From: an uncultured Acidobacteriota bacterium
GTDB taxonomy: Bacteria; Acidobacteriota; Vicinamibacteria; Vicinamibacterales; UBA2999
Length of the DNA stretch: 64,000 bases
Reading direction: 5' to 3'
Assembly: GCA_963841905.1 (NCBI GenBank)
Contig: CAWJEM010000015.1
Span: 50,457-114,456 of the forward strand
In this document: positions 36,066 through 45,114 of the stretch, one piece after another
How positions within the stretch are numbered: the first letter of the stretch is position 1
How the letters are laid out: the number at the start of each line of letters is the position of its first letter
Translations under genes and position numbers: made by a program
The notes under the pieces: generated by a model
Database searches by the model: none
What the model was told of the DNA's origin: nothing
The model's input: only the letters and a program-made list of their open reading frames with translations

Positions 36066-36235
36066 GGCATTTCATCACGGTAGCTGAATGGCTCAACGTC
36101 TCTGCTCCAAGCACCGTCGCGACGGCGTTGGCGGTGTCATGAAATCCGTTGACGGCCTCCTGAAACACGATCACGACGAAGATGACTGCTAGAACGGCGG
36201 AGCGTACAGACCGGCAGACCTGCGAGGAACTCCAT
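36059..36235 (-). pseudogene. remnant of PiT (PHO4)-family phosphate transporter, N-terminal ~50 codons, frameshifted
   Basis: The reverse strand reads MEFLAGL... and then, in another frame, AVLAVIFVVIVFQEAVNGFHDTANAVATVLG (the NGFHDTAN signature). It stops where ppk1 begins. Confidence 0.6.
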
Positions 36236-36295
36236 GTGTCTCTTGACGTATGCCTTCGTGATTTGCCGGATGCCGCGCAAGAAGCCGTGAGCGAA

Positions 36296-38488
36296 TCACG
36301 GCAGGTTGTAGCGAAGCTGCGCGAAGAACATGAAGGCCTCGGCCGAGGCCGGACCCGATCCCCGATCGAACGGCTTGCGTTCCAGCCACGACAGCTGGGT
36401 GTTCAGCTGCACGGAGCCGCGGTTGGCAATCTTGAACGGCTGCCAGCCGAACGTGAGTGTCCCTTGTCGGATCGACTCGTTGTTCGAGTTCGACGAGCCG
36501 GGGAACCCGAAGCCGATGTACGTGCCGGTCGTGTCGACGAACGACGCCGCGTCGGTTTCGACGCCGCTGTAGTACCCGGCAATGGAAATTGTGGAGGACA
36601 GCTTCTGTTCGAGGCCGAACACATAGGACGTCGCGTCGATCGGCTCGATCGACCCATCCGCGGTGAAGCCGGCATCCGGCACCAGCCCGCCGATGTAGCG
36701 CCCGATGCCTGAACCGGTGGCCACTTGCCCGAGCAGCTTCGTGACGGACCCGAGCCTGAAGCTGGCATTGGCGTTCACGCCGCCTGCGGAGGCGCGCTCG
36801 TCGTCGCCGCTGTCGTACGGCGCGAGCTGGTGCCGGAACATCCGGAACACGCCGCCGACGTCCAGATGCAGCGCGCCGAAGCCGTTGAACGCCACGCGCG
36901 TGTGGAGATCGGGCATGAGATTCGGCACCTCGAGCTCGTCGGCACCGGTGTTGTACTGCGCGTCGATGTCAGACGCGCAACATTCGGGCAACGTCACCAG
37001 GCTCCTGCCCAGTTGCTGCTCCGGGTTCTCCAGCGAAAACGCCCAGTTGAAGGCCTTGCTCGGCCGCCAAGTCACGCGGACGCCGGGAATGCGGCCCCAC
37101 ACCATGCCGGCCAGGTAGTTGGTGTCCACCGCCTGCGACATCTCGACGTCGGAAGGCCAGGAACTCAGCTGATCCTTCATCGGGGTCATGAGCGTGAAGG
37201 ACTGGCCAGCCGCCAGCAACCACGACGACTCGGATCCGTACTGCGCTTCGCCGAAAGCGTGGCGGAGCCGGAAGCCGGCAGAAGTGCTCGTGACGGCCAC
37301 GTTGCCCGACACGGAGCCGTTGAAATCCATCTCGAAATAGCCCCCCAGCTTGCGGGAGTACGGGCCCTCCTCAGGGCGGAAATCCGCGTCCACGCGAATC
37401 GAGATTCTCGAAGGCTGCGCGGTGAGTCGGGTCTCCGAGACGTTGCCCTGCAGTCTGTTGTCGTACGGAACCGACGCGAAACTCGTGCCCGTCCCCCCGC
37501 CGCCGCTGACGTCGCGATACAGGGCGGTGATCCCGAGATAGCCGCCAATCCTGAGTCTGGCAGGCCCCACCGGGATGGAGGGACCCTCGGGTTTCTCAGC
37601 CGCGATTTCCTGCGTGGGGTTGAACTGGCGCTCCGGCTCCGCCGTCGGCGGCAATTGGTTCGGGTCCGCCATCGTCCCGGGCTGGACGGCTATCTCCATG
37701 GCCTCGGTCCACGTGATGTCCGCCCGTTCGCCCGGCTTGAGGGCATTCAACACGGCGGGGCCAATTGACTCGGATACGGTTCGCGTGTAGACAGTCCCGT
37801 GCGGCCCGGTGAAAACGACGGTCCGCGTCTTCGGGTCCCAGGCCGTGATCGTCACGGTGGCCTCACGTTGGCGGGAGACCGTGGCCCCGGGGACCGCTCC
37901 CGGCTGCTGGGTGAAAGTCGGCTCGACGATCCGATCGACGGCAGGTTCGCCCGCGGTCTTCAGGCGCACGTTCACGCGGTCGAAGTAGGTCGTCGTCACG
38001 AGGTCACCCACCTTTATCTGCTCGATCCCGGTCACGGTCGGCGGTATATCCAGCGTGACAACCTGGCCGAGCCGGCCTCGAATCGTCACCGTGCGCTTCT
38101 CGTAGTCGACGGCGGTGACGGTTCCCTGGACCGTGACCCGGTTCTCGGCTTCCGCACTGGGCGGCTTCGCGGGTTGTGCGGGAGCCGCTGGCTTCGGTTG
38201 GGAGGTCTGCTCCGAGGGTCCGGTCAACCCCAGGTACTCACCGACGCCATGTGCACGATGCGGATCGGTCACGTTAACCGGATCGGTGCCCGGCCCTTGT
38301 TTCATGAGCTGTGTCTTCAGCTCTTCCAAGGCTCTTCGCAGTTCGTGCAGTTGCTGCTGTTGAATTTTGCGCAGCTCGCGGAGGCGAGCGGTTTCGTCTG
38401 CGTTGGACACCTCCTGTCCAGCGCTGATCGACGTAAACAAGAGACAGAACAAACACGCCACCATGATCCAGCTTGCCCGCATACACAA
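36296..38488 (-). CDS. outer-membrane beta-barrel (porin-like) protein with N-terminal coiled coil
   Basis: Signal peptide MCMRASWIMVACLFCLLFTSISAGQ. Coiled coil ETARLRELRKIQQQQLHELRRALEELKTQL. Two related beta-rich inserts. C-terminal alternating-hydrophobic barrel ending FFAQLRYNLP. No specific family claimed. Confidence 0.7.
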   Translation of the reverse strand: MCMRASWIMVACLFCLLFTSISAGQEVSNADETARLRELRKIQQQQLHELRRALEELKTQLMKQGPGTDPVNVTDPHRAHGVGEYLGLTGPSEQTSQPKPAAPAQPAKPPSAEAENRVTVQGTVTAVDYEKRTVTIRGRLGQVVTLDIPPTVTGIEQIKVGDLVTTTYFDRVNVRLKTAGEPAVDRIVEPTFTQQPGAVPGATVSRQREATVTITAWDPKTRTVVFTGPHGTVYTRTVSESIGPAVLNALKPGERADITWTEAMEIAVQPGTMADPNQLPPTAEPERQFNPTQEIAAEKPEGPSIPVGPARLRIGGYLGITALYRDVSGGGGTGTSFASVPYDNRLQGNVSETRLTAQPSRISIRVDADFRPEEGPYSRKLGGYFEMDFNGSVSGNVAVTSTSAGFRLRHAFGEAQYGSESSWLLAAGQSFTLMTPMKDQLSSWPSDVEMSQAVDTNYLAGMVWGRIPGVRVTWRPSKAFNWAFSLENPEQQLGRSLVTLPECCASDIDAQYNTGADELEVPNLMPDLHTRVAFNGFGALHLDVGGVFRMFRHQLAPYDSGDDERASAGGVNANASFRLGSVTKLLGQVATGSGIGRYIGGLVPDAGFTADGSIEPIDATSYVFGLEQKLSSTISIAGYYSGVETDAASFVDTTGTYIGFGFPGSSNSNNESIRQGTLTFGWQPFKIANRGSVQLNTQLSWLERKPFDRGSGPASAEAFMFFAQLRYNLP

Positions 38489-38936
38489 ACCTATTCCTCT
38501 AGCAGATCACGCGAGAATTAGAGTGCAGCTGACGCTCCACTCAGCAAGCGCTCTGCCAGTGGCGGCCCCGCGATGGCTTACTGCGCCATGATCTTCAGCG
38601 CTGAGCGCCCAGTATGTCGGAGGAGCCTCCGGTAAGCGGGATGACGTTAACATTGGCGTCATTTCGCCGAGAGTCGACGAGGGGCGCACGTTATATCGGA
38701 TAGTCGGTGAGACGCAGGGTGAACGCACGGCAGATACCCGAGGAGATGCCGGCCGTGTCGGCGCGCTACGACTCTTCGGCTCGCGGCAGCGTCACCTGAA
38801 CCATCCCTTAGCCTCCGATCCCTCGGTGTTATTCAGTCTGGCAGGACGCGTGCATCCGGATGCGGCGCGTCGCGACTGATGGGCCCCGAGGTGGTGCGCT
38901 GGCCCGTTTCGCGACGGAAACGGAAAGAGCAATCAG

Positions 38937-39560
38937 ATGTCCTCTTCAAGCGATCCGCAGCCGAGCCTCGGGTTGATGGCCTGCACGGGCATCGTCGTTG
39001 GCAACATGGTGGGCGCCGGCTTCTACCTTTCCCCGTCGGCGTTGGCCCCGTACGGCCTGCTCGCGGTTCTCGCGTGGATTGTCATGGGCATCGGTGCTGG
39101 ATGCCTCGGCCTGGCGTTTGCGCGCCTGGCGAGAATGGCGCCGGCCACCGGCGGGCCGTATGCGTACACCAGACTGGCTTACGGAGACTTTGCCGGTTCC
39201 TCGTGGCGTGGGGTTATTGGATCTCCATCTGGGCATCCCTTCCGGCAATCGCGGCGGCGTTGACCGGTTCGGTGATTGCGTTCCTGCCGGGCACCCAGGG
39301 AAACAGGCCTGTTGCCGTGGCGATCACGCTTGGCGCCATCTGGCTTGTCGTGATCACAAACTTACGAGGCGTCAAGACAGCGGGCTTCGTGGCATCGCTG
39401 ACGACGTTTATGAAGCTCGTTCCATTCGGCGCGATTGCCGTGCTGGGGCTGCTTTATGTCCGCGGTGAGTTTTTCTCCACGCTGAATCCCAGCGGGAAGC
39501 CGTTGTTGGCCGCAAGCGCCGCGCTGGCGCCGCTGACGATGTTCGCGTATTTGGGGCTGG
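38937..39560 (+). pseudogene. APC-family amino-acid permease, N-terminal ~200 codons only, frameshift near 39197
   Basis: GLMACTGIVVGNMVGAGFYLSPS...GGPYAYTRLAYGDFAG, then a frame change to FLVAWGYWISIWASLPAIAAA...LAPLTMFAYLGL. It ends abruptly at the Na/Pi remnant. Confidence 0.7.
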
Positions 39561-39562
39561 CC

Positions 39563-39848
39563 GGGCGCAGGGCGAGGATGCCAGAATCGACCAGGCCCAC
39601 GACCATGACGGTCATCGCGGTGCTCGACTGGATGACGCCGGTGATCAGCGTGCCCGCCAATACCCCCTTGAGCGGGGTCCCGCGATTCTGGCGAGCAGAT
39701 CGCGCAACCCGTTGACGGCGAGCTTCTGAATGCCATCGGGCATCAGCTCGAGGCCGAGCATGAACAGGCCAAGCCCGCCTATCACTGGCACGAGCACGTC
39801 CTTGAAAAATCGATCTGCATGGGGACTAGCCTTGCTGACTTGTCTCAA
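39563..39848 (-). pseudogene. Na/Pi-cotransporter (NptA-type) N-terminal remnant, frameshift near 39676
   Basis: VLVPVIGGLGLFMLGLELMPDGIQKLAVNGLRDLLARIAG, then a frame change to PLKGVLAGTLITGVIQSSTAMTVMVVGLVDSGILALRPA. It stops at the junction with the permease remnant. The TTG start at 39848 is a guess. Confidence 0.65.
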
Positions 39849-40149
39849 CGATGGTGGATGGCGTCCTTGCTGCTGACCTTGGTGCCGGAACGGCGGTGGT
39901 GAGCTGAGCGGAGCCAGCCTAATCGTAGTGCTTGGATATGACGAGCCTGTTACGAGCCAGCCCTTCGGTCCATGGTGTCTCCAGCAGCTCGACGCATCGC
40001 CGAGGCACCCTACGCCGACCAAGCGACGCCCAAAAAGCAAGTGTTCTGCCAGCGCCGACCTGCCGACGGCTTGCCTGCGGGCGTACGACTTCGTGACGTT
40101 CTGACGTTGGGCGCCCCACATTTCGGAGTCTGCTCCGCGGACGTCACGA

Positions 40150-40554
40150 TCAGGGAGCGACGATCCGAAGCGAGGGGAAGTACTTCCGGTACCGCTTCGC
40201 GTCTCGTGTGAGCAGCGTCAGGGCTTCGACCGCGGCGTGCGCACCGACGTAGAAGTCGGGCATCGGCGAGCGGCGGGCACCACCCGCGCGCCTGTACTTG
40301 ACGAACACTAGGCCGGCGAGGAATCCCGCTTCCCAAGGCAGGTTCGCACGCCGAAAGTAGTCGGCCGAGACGACCTCGTCGAGCTCCTCGATCGAATCGA
40401 ACAGCGGCGAGATCTCCGCGTAGATGATCGGATTGATGAACAGTTCACCCTGCTCCGCGCACTGCTCGAGCGCTGCCGCCGACCAGTCAATCCAGTCCTC
40501 GTCTTCGGTCAGGAGATCGATGAGGACGTTGCTGTCGACCAGCGTCGCAGGCAT
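40150..40554 (-). CDS. vapC: type II toxin, PIN-domain VapC
   Basis: MPATLVDSNVLIDLL..., acidic PIN residues, LLTRDAKRYRKYFP. The start overlaps the vapB stop (TAATG). Confidence 0.85.
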   Translation of the reverse strand: MPATLVDSNVLIDLLTEDEDWIDWSAAALEQCAEQGELFINPIIYAEISPLFDSIEELDEVVSADYFRRANLPWEAGFLAGLVFVKYRRAGGARRSPMPDFYVGAHAAVEALTLLTRDAKRYRKYFPSLRIVAP

Positions 40555-40784
40555 TACGCCCTCATGAGGCGCATCAGCTGCGCGGTCGTGAATCGGCGAT
40601 TGCCGCGGCCGCGGATGTGGTCTGCGATTCTCCGCCCGCGGCTGGCGCCGCTGGCGCGAGCGGCTTTTCGGATCCGCACCACGTCGCCATCGATGTCGAA
40701 CGTCACCTCGGTTCCCGCCAGCAACCCGAGTTCCTCACGAATCGCCTGAGGAATCGTCACTTGTCCTTTGGTCGTCAGGCGCAT
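40554..40784 (-). CDS. vapB: type II antitoxin, AbrB/SpoVT-fold VapB
   Basis: MRLTTKGQVTIPQAIREELGL (SpoVT/AbrB swapped-hairpin motif). 76 aa. Immediately upstream of vapC. Confidence 0.85.
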   Translation of the reverse strand: MRLTTKGQVTIPQAIREELGLLAGTEVTFDIDGDVVRIRKAARASGASRGRRIADHIRGRGNRRFTTAQLMRLMRA

Positions 40785-40814
40785 GGTAATACTCCTACTA
40801 GTAAGAGTAATACC
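40785..40814 (-). promoter_or_regulatory. imperfect 30-nt palindrome overlapping the vapB RBS (candidate VapBC operator)
   Basis: GGTAATACTCCTACTAGTAAGAGTAATACC is centred on ACTAGT and has two arm mismatches. It abuts the vapB ATG. The AGGAG on the coding strand lies inside it. Confidence 0.45.
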
Positions 40815-41026
40815 AGGGCGGCTTTATCGTCAACGCTTCGGCGACGGGCCCCATGGGAATCTGCTGCCCGTCCCGCCCGAGCGTGAGTTCACGGGAGTGG
40901 GATGGCCTTCGTCGCTCTCGCATCCGACGCCTGGTGCAAGTCGTGGATGATCGGTGAGCCACTTGATCTCTGCCAGGCGAGGTGTGCGAAGGGCCCGAAC
41001 CCGGTGGCGACAGTCCGACTAGGAGG

Positions 41027-42121
41027 TCATTGCGCAGCGGGTGGTAAGAGATACAGCGTCATCGCGAAGATCAGGTAGACCATCAAGACGAGCACGCCGA
41101 CGAACCACGCCGATCGTCCGCTGCTGGTCACGAGCGAGGCGGTGAGCGTCGCGATGAGCATCATCACCACAGCGCCGGGCCACAATCGCAGATCCATCGG
41201 CGTGGGGCCGATCACATAGCTGAGCAGCACGAGCACCGGGGCCACGAACAACGCGATCTGCGAGGCGCTGCCTAAGGCAATGCCCACGCTCAGATCGAGC
41301 CGGTTCTTGCGCGCGCCGGAAAACGCCGACGCCATCTCCGCCGCACCACCGACCAACGCGACCACGATGAAACCGACGAACGCGGGAGTCATCCCGAGGC
41401 CCATGGCCGCTTGTTGCACCGATTCGACGAACACCTCGCTGACAAGCGCCACCAGCACCGTGACGCCAGCCAACGTGGCGAGCGCCACGCCAATCGGCCA
41501 TGGTGCCTCATCGTCGCTTCCGTGCTCCGCCGCAGCGAACAACTCGCGATGGGTCCTGAGCGAGAACACCATACCGAGCCCGTAGGCACAGATTAGTAAC
41601 CCGGACAAACCGAGGCTCAACTGCTGCGTGAACGCTGCTGACGGCCCGGCATCGGCGAGTCTGACCGCGGACGGAATCAACAACGCGATCGTGGCCAGGA
41701 AGAGCAGGCTCGCCTGAAGACGAGCACTGATGCGATTGAACTCCTGCACGTGGTACTTCAGCCCACCAAGGAGAAACGATGCACCCAGCATGAACAACGA
41801 ATTGGTGACAATGGCGCCAGCGATGGACGCCTTGACCAGCATGTACTGGCCCGCCCGCAGTGCCGCGAGCGCAATCACCAGTTCGGTGAGGTTTCCAAGC
41901 GTCGCGTTGAGCAGCCCGCCGACGGTGTCGCCGGTCTTGGCCGCCACCGATTCGGTGGCGTGACTCAGCAACGTGGCGAGCGGCACGATCGCGAGAACCG
42001 ATAACACGAACAGCAATGTGTGTGCTTCGGGCTCGAGTGCCTGGACGACGAACACGCCAGGCAGGAATACGAGCAGCCAGAGCAGCGGATTGTGGCGGAG
42101 TTCCGACAACAGGGCCGCCAT
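41027..42121 (-). CDS. Ca2+/H+ antiporter (CAX family)
   Basis: GLLNATLGNLTELVIALAALR and the second repeat FVGFIVVALVGGAAEMASA (GNxxE alpha-repeat motifs). About 11 TM segments. ATG at complement 42119-42121. Confidence 0.85.
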   Translation of the reverse strand: MAALLSELRHNPLLWLLVFLPGVFVVQALEPEAHTLLFVLSVLAIVPLATLLSHATESVAAKTGDTVGGLLNATLGNLTELVIALAALRAGQYMLVKASIAGAIVTNSLFMLGASFLLGGLKYHVQEFNRISARLQASLLFLATIALLIPSAVRLADAGPSAAFTQQLSLGLSGLLICAYGLGMVFSLRTHRELFAAAEHGSDDEAPWPIGVALATLAGVTVLVALVSEVFVESVQQAAMGLGMTPAFVGFIVVALVGGAAEMASAFSGARKNRLDLSVGIALGSASQIALFVAPVLVLLSYVIGPTPMDLRLWPGAVVMMLIATLTASLVTSSGRSAWFVGVLVLMVYLIFAMTLYLLPPAAQ

Positions 42122-42123
42122 GT

Positions 42124-42553
42124 TCAAGAATCACCAGGGTTTGCTTCCGCCCGGAACATGCGGCTGACAACCGCGAGGAAGAAGCCGGTCGACCATCCAC
42201 ACATCAGAATGCCCGTGAGCGCCTCGATTGCTCCGACCAATCGCCACTCTTGCGGCAGCACGAGGTCGCCGTAGCCGGTCGTCGTGTACGTCACGGCGCT
42301 GAAATAGAGGGCGGACGGCAGGTCGGCCATGGCGTCCGTCCACACGTAATAACAACGCCCACGTCGTGATTTCGATCAGGTGCAGGACAATAATCCAGCC
42401 CGCCAGGCGAATGAACAGCCAAGTACCCAGCCAGAAGTGGTGCGCCGTGGTGATTGGATACTGCAGCCAGCGCACTGCGGAGGTCACACCGATCGCGTGA
42501 ATCATCACGCACAAAGCCATCAGGCCAAACCCGATGAGGAGTTTCGAGAACAT
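42124..42553 (-). pseudogene. two-TM K+ channel (TTTGYGD filter), frame broken near 42350
   Basis: N-terminal TM region MFSKLLIGFGLMALCVMIHA...LHLIEITTWAL is in ORF 42131..42553. YYVWTDAMADLPSALYFSAVTYTTTGYGDLVL... is in ORF 42124..42345. The stop lies 2 nt before the CAX ATG. Confidence 0.75.
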
Positions 42554-42646
42554 GGATCGTGCTATTCGATCTGCCAGCGCGCCCGACTCATTTTCGCTTC
42601 ACCAGCCGGTCCCGTCCAGATCTGGCGATCAGAGTCTTCCTGCTCG

Positions 42647-43048
42647 TCACATGTCGCTCGACGGTACGCTCATCACCTCCCGCACTTCGATCGGCATATT
42701 CAGAGGAACGCCGCCCTTGCCAGGAGCCGCCGAGGCGCGCGCGGCAATCTCATAGGCCCGCTCCTTGCTCTCGCAGTCGATGACCCAGAAGCCGGCGAGA
42801 AACTCCTTCGCTTCCGGGTAGGGGCCGTCGGTGACCTCAGGCGCGCCATTTTTGCCGGCGCGCACGATGCGAGCGTCCTGGGGCAGCGCCAGCCCCTGCG
42901 CCTGCACGAATTCGCCGGAATCCGTCAGCTCTCTATTCAAGCGGTGCATGAAATTGATGTGGGCCTTGATGTCGTCGGGCGGCCAGGTGCCGATTCCGGC
43001 TTCCTTCCAGCCGACGCGGGGTGCGTGCATCATCAGCATGTATTTCAC
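42647..43048 (-). CDS. YCII-related (DGPF) protein
   Basis: GTG start at complement 43046-43048, preceded by AGGAG. (M)KYMLMMHAP..., VTDGPYPEAKEFLAGFWVIDCES. Confidence 0.8.
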   Translation of the reverse strand: MKYMLMMHAPRVGWKEAGIGTWPPDDIKAHINFMHRLNRELTDSGEFVQAQGLALPQDARIVRAGKNGAPEVTDGPYPEAKEFLAGFWVIDCESKERAYEIAARASAAPGKGGVPLNMPIEVREVMSVPSSDM

Positions 43049-43133
43049 GGTCTGAATCTCCTTCGAGCAGGTCTGGATTGGCCCGTTCCCCTGTAAGTCG
43101 GAGCCGCTTGAGGCTTCTCGACAGCCGGTCACT

Positions 43134-43169
43134 AAAGTTACAAGTTACAAGGTACAAGTTCAAAGTTGG
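43134..43169. repeat. GTTACAA heptamer array
   Basis: AAAGTTACAAGTTACAAGGTACAAGTTCAAAGTTGG. Lies in the divergent spacer between the YCII and AlkD-like genes. Confidence 0.8.
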
Positions 43170-43181
43170 AGGTCGACCAAT

Positions 43182-43919
43182 TTGGCCAGGATTGGATCTG
43201 CTCGTCGCACCGCGCCACCGAAATCGGCTCGCCCGGTCAAGGACGAGGTTGCGGACATCGTCTCGTGGCTGAAGCGCAACGGGACCAAGAGCACACGAGA
43301 TGGCATGGCTCGCTATGCCATCCCGTCCGACAAAGCGTTCGGCGTGTCGGTGGGGGCGATGAAGAAGTATGCGAAGCAGCTGGCGAAAGACCACGAGGTC
43401 GCGATGGCGCTTTGGGACACTGGCTGGTACGAGGCGCGAATGACGGCCGCCTTCCTCGGCGAGCCCGAGCGGTTGACGAGCGCCGAAATGGATCGCTGGT
43501 GCCGGGACTTCGACAACTGGGCCGTGTGTGACCATGCGTGCTTCCATCTCTTCGACCGGAGTCCGCATGCATGGAGCAAGGTCATGTCGTGGAGTCGGCG
43601 TCGCGGCGAGTTCCAGAAGCGGGCCGCCTATGCGCTGCTGGCATCGCTGGCGCTGCACGACAAAGAGGCGCCAGACGCGAGGTTTCTGCCAACGCTGAAG
43701 CTCATCGAACGGGATGCAACCGACGAGCGAAACTTCGTGAAGAAGGGTATCAGTTGGGCATTGCGATTGATCGGGCGGCGGAATCAGGCGCTCAATGCGG
43801 CCTCGGTTGCCCTTTCACGCCGCCTCGCAGAGTCGTCCGACCCGACGGCGCGGTGGTTGGGAAGGGGGGCGGTCAAGGAATTGACGAATCCGGCAGTCCT
43901 GCGAAGGCTAAAGGGGTAG
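43182..43919 (+). CDS. DNA alkylation repair protein (AlkC/AlkD-like HEAT repeats)
   Basis: GVSVGAMKKYAKQL, LWDTGWYEARMTAAFL, FDNWAVCDHACFHLF, EFQKRAAYALLASLALHD, NFVKKGISWALR. The TTG start is uncertain. Confidence 0.8.
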   Translation: MARIGSARRTAPPKSARPVKDEVADIVSWLKRNGTKSTRDGMARYAIPSDKAFGVSVGAMKKYAKQLAKDHEVAMALWDTGWYEARMTAAFLGEPERLTSAEMDRWCRDFDNWAVCDHACFHLFDRSPHAWSKVMSWSRRRGEFQKRAAYALLASLALHDKEAPDARFLPTLKLIERDATDERNFVKKGISWALRLIGRRNQALNAASVALSRRLAESSDPTARWLGRGAVKELTNPAVLRRLKG

Positions 43920-43981
43920 CGCGATCGCTATTCCGCACATGCTGTACCATTGCCGTTAGCTGTTGCGGTGGTGCACGCAGT

Positions 43982-45067
43982 ATGGAGAACCGAACTACCC
44001 AGTTGAGGACCGTGTTCGATTCCACTCAGGTCAAGTCGCCCCTGGTGAGCGTCATCGTCACGAGCTTCAATTACGCCCCCTACCTCGAGGCGTGTCTCAG
44101 CTCGATTGCTCGCCAGTCCTACAGCCACTTCGAGTGCGTCGTCGTCGACGATGTCTCAACCGACGGCTCGGTCGAAGTCATCGATCGGTTCATCCATAGT
44201 GATCTGGCGGCCGGGAAGTTTCGGCTGCAACGCCATTCCGAGAACGAAGGTCAGATGGCGGCTTTCCAAACCGGCCTGCAACACACCAACGGCCCGTTCG
44301 TAGTGTTTGTGGATGCTGACGACCTTCTGCTTCCGGATTTTCTGGAGACGCATCTCAAGGCGCACCTGAACTCGGCCCGGCTGGCCGCGTTTACGAACTC
44401 GGAGCTCCTTCAGATTTCTGCTGACGGTCAGGTGCTCAGTGGAATACAAGGGATCTCCGGTACGCCCTCACTTCGCTCGAGCCGCGCCCCTGACGGCCAC
44501 AAATGGTCGCTGTCGACCGCGTCCGAATTTGCTCTCGAGCAGCCACTCCTGCCCGTGGCGTACGTCGGCACGTGGGATATTTATTCGACTGACTGGGTCT
44601 GGTCGACGACTTCGGCCACCATGTTCCGGCGCGCGGTGTTGGATGTGATCATGTCGCCCGAGTCACGGTGCTTCCGAATCAGTGCGGATCGCTACATCTT
44701 CAATTTCAGTCATGGTATTGGAGGCTCGCTGCTCATCCAGAGCGTGCATGGCTGCTATCGCCGCCATGGGGGAAACGGCTTTGGTGCCAACCCAGTTCTC
44801 GGAGGCGGTACCTTCCTCGGTGACAACAGGAAGGATCCTGTCCGTCTGGTCAATATTCTGATTTGCCAGGACATCCTCCGGAAGTTCGAGCTTTTTTGCT
44901 CGCTGTTCGGAAGGTGGCACGCGATTCGCCTACTGATCTATTTCAGGCCTCGCGGACTTCGCGACAAGCTGAAGCTCGCGCTGACGACCTCGTCTCAGCT
45001 AAAGCGCGCTGGGCAATTGCGCAAGGGCACACGTTCCACACAGCCGCTCCGACTACCGTCCGATTGA
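43982..45067 (+). CDS. family-2 glycosyltransferase
   Basis: ATG 43982. VSVIVTSFNYAPYLEACLSSIARQSY, ECVVVDDVSTDGS, VVFVDADD (DxD). Confidence 0.85.
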   Translation: MENRTTQLRTVFDSTQVKSPLVSVIVTSFNYAPYLEACLSSIARQSYSHFECVVVDDVSTDGSVEVIDRFIHSDLAAGKFRLQRHSENEGQMAAFQTGLQHTNGPFVVFVDADDLLLPDFLETHLKAHLNSARLAAFTNSELLQISADGQVLSGIQGISGTPSLRSSRAPDGHKWSLSTASEFALEQPLLPVAYVGTWDIYSTDWVWSTTSATMFRRAVLDVIMSPESRCFRISADRYIFNFSHGIGGSLLIQSVHGCYRRHGGNGFGANPVLGGGTFLGDNRKDPVRLVNILICQDILRKFELFCSLFGRWHAIRLLIYFRPRGLRDKLKLALTTSSQLKRAGQLRKGTRSTQPLRLPSD

Positions 45068-45081
45068 GGCCGGCAACCGGA

Positions 45082-45114
45082 TAGGGCACAGGGCGCAGGG
45101 CGCAAGGCGCAGGG
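45082..45114. repeat. short AGGGC[AG]C/AGGGCGC word array between convergent stops
   Basis: AGGGCACAGGGCGCAGGGCGCAAGGCGCAGGG. Confidence 0.5.

Noticed and set aside
36296-38488. Calling the coiled-coil beta-barrel a phosphate-selective porin (OprO/P) to complete the phosphate-locus story
   Set aside because: I saw no OprP-type signature. The assignment would rest only on neighbourhood with decayed phosphate genes. It is left as a generic porin-like protein.
38489-38936. 448-nt gene-free leader upstream of the APC permease remnant, considered as a riboswitch or sRNA
   Set aside because: I could not recognise any known riboswitch core (glycine, lysine, TPP, SAM and so on) or a convincing conserved structure by eye. 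The downstream gene is itself a remnant. A covariance-model scan (Rfam/cmscan) would be needed.
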